NCBI RefSeq assembly: GCF_002075285.3
Contig: NZ_CP021983.2
Span: 4,260,001-4,292,000, forward strand
Length of the DNA stretch: 32,000 nucleotides
Direction of reading: 5' to 3'
Source: Halomicronema hongdechloris C2206
Lineage (GTDB): Bacteria > Cyanobacteriota > Cyanobacteriia > Phormidesmidales > Phormidesmidaceae
The first letter of the stretch is position 1; the number at the start of each line of letters is the position of its first letter. Made by a program: the position numbers and the translations under genes. Positions 29,301 to 32,000 of the stretch are shown here, one piece after another. The notes beneath the pieces are model-generated. The model was not told where the DNA came from. It saw nothing but the letters and a program-made list of their open reading frames with translations, and made no database searches.

Positions 29301-31176
29301 CATCACTCGCCCCACTCCTGCCGACGTCAGCGGCCGCAGCCGCAGTGCTGGCGCCTTGAGACGGCTCCTCACTGTCTATCGAGGGCTCCGTAGTCGCATC
29401 CTGCTCAGACAGATCCGGGAAATCCATCAGTAGTGACTCCAGGTCGGCCTCTCGGCTATCTACTGGCGGGCCGGTTGCCGCCTCTCTAGGGGATCCAGAA
29501 GCCGCCGTGGCAGCCTCATCCCATGGATCCGCTAGGACATCAAGAGCGTCGGCATCAGCCCCTGTCTCAGAGGCAGCTGCAGCCGCAGTTTGCCCAGGGG
29601 CCATCCCCTCCCCTAACCAAGCGTCCAGAGACTCCTGCTCAGATTGAGCCGGCGGCGGCGAGGATGAGACTTGACTGAAGAAGGCATCTAACTCATCGGC
29701 ATCATCGGTTGATGGCGGCGGGGTCTCAGTGGCAGCGTCAGCGGTGGCAGTGGCATCATCTTGGCCCCAATAAATCATCCAGCTCAGGGTCGACTCGGAA
29801 GCGAGATCTGATCCTGCTGACTCTAATCCTGCTGACTCTAATCCTTCTAACTCAAAGGCTTCCGGCTCAGCATCGGCAGACGATTCTGCCTCAGCTAGTA
29901 CTGAGGCCTCCCCAAACAAGCTGGTCAGTTCGTCCTCATTGCCGGTGTCGACATCATCGGCTAGGAGAAAGTCGGCAAATTCTCCGGAAATATCGGCATC
30001 AAGACGGTCATCAGTCGGCTGCGGCACCTCTTCGCTCAGCTCTTCCTCCTCCCAATCCGCATCGAAATCGCCGGCATCGCCCTCGAAGAGATCGGCCAGA
30101 CTATTGAGTTCTGCGGCCCCAATATTGGGACCTTCTTTCGGCGAGGGGGACGACGGGGTGCGGGCCGGGGTATCTGTGGCGTCTAGGAGATCGGCCCAGT
30201 CCGCCGGTTCGGTGTCTAGCTGACTGGGGGCAGCCGGCTCGGCCCAGTCTGCCGGTTCGAAGTCCACAGCGATGGGTAAGGCTTCGCTGGTCTCTGGCTC
30301 ACTGGGGTGAGAGAGTTCAGGCGGTAATAGATCCAGAATGTCTTGGCTGATCGCAATGGCATCTCCCTGCCCTCCCAGCACCTGCTCTTGGGCCCGTTTG
30401 ATCTCTTTGATCAACACTGGAGCCAAGCTGCGATAGGATTGCTGCTCGTTTGCGATCGCACCCCGTGCCGCTGCCAGCAATCGGCTCCACGCTGGCAACT
30501 CAAACTGCTCTCCAATGCTATAGAGCTGATATCCCACTTCTTGAAGGTCTGCCCGAGTCTCCGGAGTCTCTAGCTGCTTAAAAAGCCTCAGCATTTCCCG
30601 CAAGTAGCCCGGCACATCGCTCCGGAACACCAGTTGCAGGGCGCTGTCCTCCCCAGAGGACGACGCCCCTCCAGGGGGCACCGTCGTCTGCTCAGCACTC
30701 GCCACCGCTGCTGGTTCAGGGGCAGAGGACGCCTCGGCTTCCGGCAGGGGAGATACTGCTACCAGTGTCTCTAAATGGTGGTTGAGCCGCTCAAAGGTCG
30801 GCTCCAAGGTTGCCATGATTTCCTGAGCTTTATCATCGGTGAGCCCAAAGGGTCCCTGAAGTTGTTCCAATAGCTCTTGCAGTCCATCAAACACCTTCAA
30901 CAGCATGGATTCCAAGGGGCGATCCGTCTGTACCGGAGCTTCCTTTAACAGCTTGAAGTAATCTTCCAACCGGTGAGCCGTGCGTTGAACACTGTCAATG
31001 CCCAACATGGCCGCTCCCCCCTTCACCGAGTGAGCCGCCCGGAAGACTTCATTCACCATCTCAGGATCTTGGATGGTGACCTGAAGATTCAGCAGCCCTT
31101 GCTCTATCGTATTGAGGTGGTCTTTCGCCTCCTCAATGAAATAGCCCATGATCCGTTGTTGCTGTTCAGGCTGCAT
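26323..31176 (-). CDS. CheA-like hybrid histidine kinase/response regulator (Hpt, long acidic linker, HATPase, CheW, REC); PilL/HmpE-type
   Basis: The Hpt region has FRAAHSVKGGAAMLG. About 850 aa of D/E/A/S-rich low complexity follows. Then come kinase boxes (HLVNNAITHGIE, DDGAGID, GRGVGMDVV), a CheW domain and a REC domain (LIVDDS...CDIEMPRMDG...KP). Confidence 0.9.
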   Translation of the reverse strand: MQPEQQQRIMGYFIEEAKDHLNTIEQGLLNLQVTIQDPEMVNEVFRAAHSVKGGAAMLGIDSVQRTAHRLEDYFKLLKEAPVQTDRPLESMLLKVFDGLQELLEQLQGPFGLTDDKAQEIMATLEPTFERLNHHLETLVAVSPLPEAEASSAPEPAAVASAEQTTVPPGGASSSGEDSALQLVFRSDVPGYLREMLRLFKQLETPETRADLQEVGYQLYSIGEQFELPAWSRLLAAARGAIANEQQSYRSLAPVLIKEIKRAQEQVLGGQGDAIAISQDILDLLPPELSHPSEPETSEALPIAVDFEPADWAEPAAPSQLDTEPADWADLLDATDTPARTPSSPSPKEGPNIGAAELNSLADLFEGDAGDFDADWEEEELSEEVPQPTDDRLDADISGEFADFLLADDVDTGNEDELTSLFGEASVLAEAESSADAEPEAFELEGLESAGLESAGSDLASESTLSWMIYWGQDDATATADAATETPPPSTDDADELDAFFSQVSSSPPPAQSEQESLDAWLGEGMAPGQTAAAAASETGADADALDVLADPWDEAATAASGSPREAATGPPVDSREADLESLLMDFPDLSEQDATTEPSIDSEEPSQGASTAAAAADVGRSGASDDDTSDDNTEKSGETDIAWDMGGPEDDSSTASESAMVEGAATAEELDNLTPFLENLSEESAEDADLDLSEDDWLKLALEAEGDVHGDGTEASTASEDTEDTEDWLSLTAEPTAAEIDLEAFSEEPTSLTAASANAEQRDDLWGDDVAADWEDFPDLAGEAAAGADGDEADDIDALLGDDFPDDLAAETTASAAVSDDADADETEDLFGDFAAELQDEPTAEDAIAPAQDSEDSEDSGADFDDLESLLAEEPAAATVSPASEPSGQPDDLAELDTRLDDTPPAPAEAEPSPRSPLTAASGDNEFEDLEKLLEEADHLGGSAPTVGSHRAAMSGRRPSRRPNLLSEQTMRVSVKHLDNLSNLVGELVVNRNSLEQDQERLRQFLDNLLFQVQQLNDVGQRLRDLYERSLLESSLISNRQALQSRSRAHQGGNGGGHATGATFDALEMDRFTGFHTLSQEMIELIVRVRESASDIDYTIQSADQVTRQFRQVTSQLQEGLNKARMVPFAQTADRLPRAVRDISLKFGKEARLVVEGRDTLIDKMILERLYDPMTHLVNNAITHGIEQPEERIAAGKPREGVITIRAFYQGNQTVIYISDDGAGIDPEMVKRKAIERGVMSAEVANSFSKLELYELLFQPGFSTRDQADVFAGRGVGMDVVRTALADVRGTVTIDSEPGQGSSFTIRLPLTLSISKALSCLNNQARIAFPMDGVEDMFDIPRERIQHNDQGQACILWRDTLLPFQPLSDLLQFNRTLGRGRVYGGHQDEDLISIVVLRSANTHVALQIDQVIGEQEIVIKQIEGPVPKPMGIAGATVLGDGRVMPIADVLELIDLSLGRVRRDASGSIWSQTEEDAIAASGTPAMPSEPTVLIVDDSITVRELLSMSFNKVGYRVEQARDGQEAWEKLRSGMPCDLVFCDIEMPRMDGLELLSRLQKDEQLQQIPIAMLTSRGADRHRQMAVDLGAKGYFTKPYLEEVLLDAAQRMLNGEDISSVST

Positions 31177-31232
31177 GACGGTTTCCCCCTACACGCGTAT
31201 ATCCGATGCCCGCCCCTCCATGAGGAGGGGGC

Positions 31233-32000
31233 TCATTCGTCCTTATTCACCTTAAAGCGCTCGACTGACGTCAGTAGATCCCGAGCAACTCCCACCAAAT
31301 TCTGCAGGGAAGTCGACACCCGCTGGGACTCTTGAGACGTCTCTTGAGCCGTTAACTCAACGGACTGCATCACCTGAGCAACGGTCCGAGAGGTCTCCGT
31401 TTGTTCCACCGTGTCAGCCGTAATCGATCGCACCAAGACATCAATTCGATTAGACACCTGAATAATATCTTCCAGGGATCGCTTCGCCTGCTCCGCCAAA
31501 CGTGTGCCCTCAATCACTTGCTGAGTCCCCTCTTCCATGGCGGTCATCACCCCACCGGTTTCACTCTGAATTTGCAAGACGATCTGCTCGATCTCCTTGG
31601 AGGCTTTAGCGGCCCGATCCGCCAGCTGGCGTACCTCATCGGCCACAATGGCAAATCCCCGCCCTGCTTCTCCGGCTCGAGCCGCCTCAATGCTGGCATT
31701 AAGCGCCAACAGGTTGGTGCGGGACGCAATCTGGGAAATCAAGGCAACAATCTTAGAAATCTCCTGAGAGGATTCCGCCAGTCGCTTCACCTTACGGGTG
31801 GTATCGGCTACGGTTTCTCGAATTTCGAGAATCCCCGCCACCGTTCGCTCTACCGCTTCGCCGCCTCGCAGCGCCGTTGTCGATGCCGAACGGGCCACTT
31901 CTTCTGCCTCTCGGGCACTCTCTGCCACCCGCTGAATCGAATCTGTCATCACCTGCACCGAATTCAGGGTCACCGCCAATTCTTCTGCCTGACGCAGAGC
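31233..32000 (-). CDS. Methyl-accepting chemotaxis protein, C-terminal signalling domain (5' part outside the window); PilJ/HmpD-type
   Basis: The frame is open to base 32000. The highly conserved MCP hairpin is present: [37 protein letters not shown]. Confidence 0.85.
   Translation of the reverse strand, partial: ALRQAEELAVTLNSVQVMTDSIQRVAESAREAEEVARSASTTALRGGEAVERTVAGILEIRETVADTTRKVKRLAESSQEISKIVALISQIASRTNLLALNASIEAARAGEAGRGFAIVADEVRQLADRAAKASKEIEQIVLQIQSETGGVMTAMEEGTQQVIEGTRLAEQAKRSLEDIIQVSNRIDVLVRSITADTVEQTETSRTVAQVMQSVELTAQETSQESQRVSTSLQNLVGVARDLLTSVERFKVNKDE

Noticed and set aside
28403-29359. 318-aa Ser/Ala-rich ORF on the plus strand, plus the 28425-28922 and 29709-30223 ORFs
   Set aside because: They are antisense to the GAx/GCx-rich acidic linker of the CheA-like gene. 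Their low-complexity composition is a mirror-image artefact, and they have no RBS or independent support.

Overview
The window looks like a cyanobacterial chromosome. Evidence: the HIP1 octamer GCGATCGC at 11 positions, a psb34-type small ORF, a DUF2811 gene, a pentapeptide-repeat protein and a Hmp/PilL-type chemotaxis locus. Three blocks are visible. (1) 1-8.8 kb is core genes: two tandem GT39-like membrane glycosyltransferases, a PsiE-family protein, a Ca2+/H+ exchanger, DUF2811, a pentapeptide protein, tsaB and a small psb34 operon absent from the ORF track. (2) About 8.9-16.2 kb is an accessory stretch that looks lower in GC by eye and contains one HIP1 site. It holds a UPF0175/DUF3368 toxin-antitoxin pair, three MNT/HEPN loci (one intact), an intact IS110-family element, an IS256 transposase remnant, an HNH remnant, two Uma2 genes (one truncated) and several families of hairpin, MITE-like and tandem repeats. 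Several genes end abruptly where another gene fragment begins. (3) 16.2-32 kb holds a CHAT-TM-TPR (HetF-like) protease divergent from an S9 peptidase, then trmD-ispF, a BON-like gene, an ABC permease, glcD, a 1617-aa CheA-like hybrid kinase with a very long acidic linker, and the 3' end of an MCP gene. I see no CRISPR array, rRNA or complete tRNA. I found no clearly novel multi-gene system. The most interesting candidates are the structured non-coding flank of the IS110 element (possible bridge/seek guide RNA), the MITE-bracketed MNT-HEPN/IS110 segment, and the dispersed hairpin repeat families. All functional calls come from motif recognition by eye, not from database searches.
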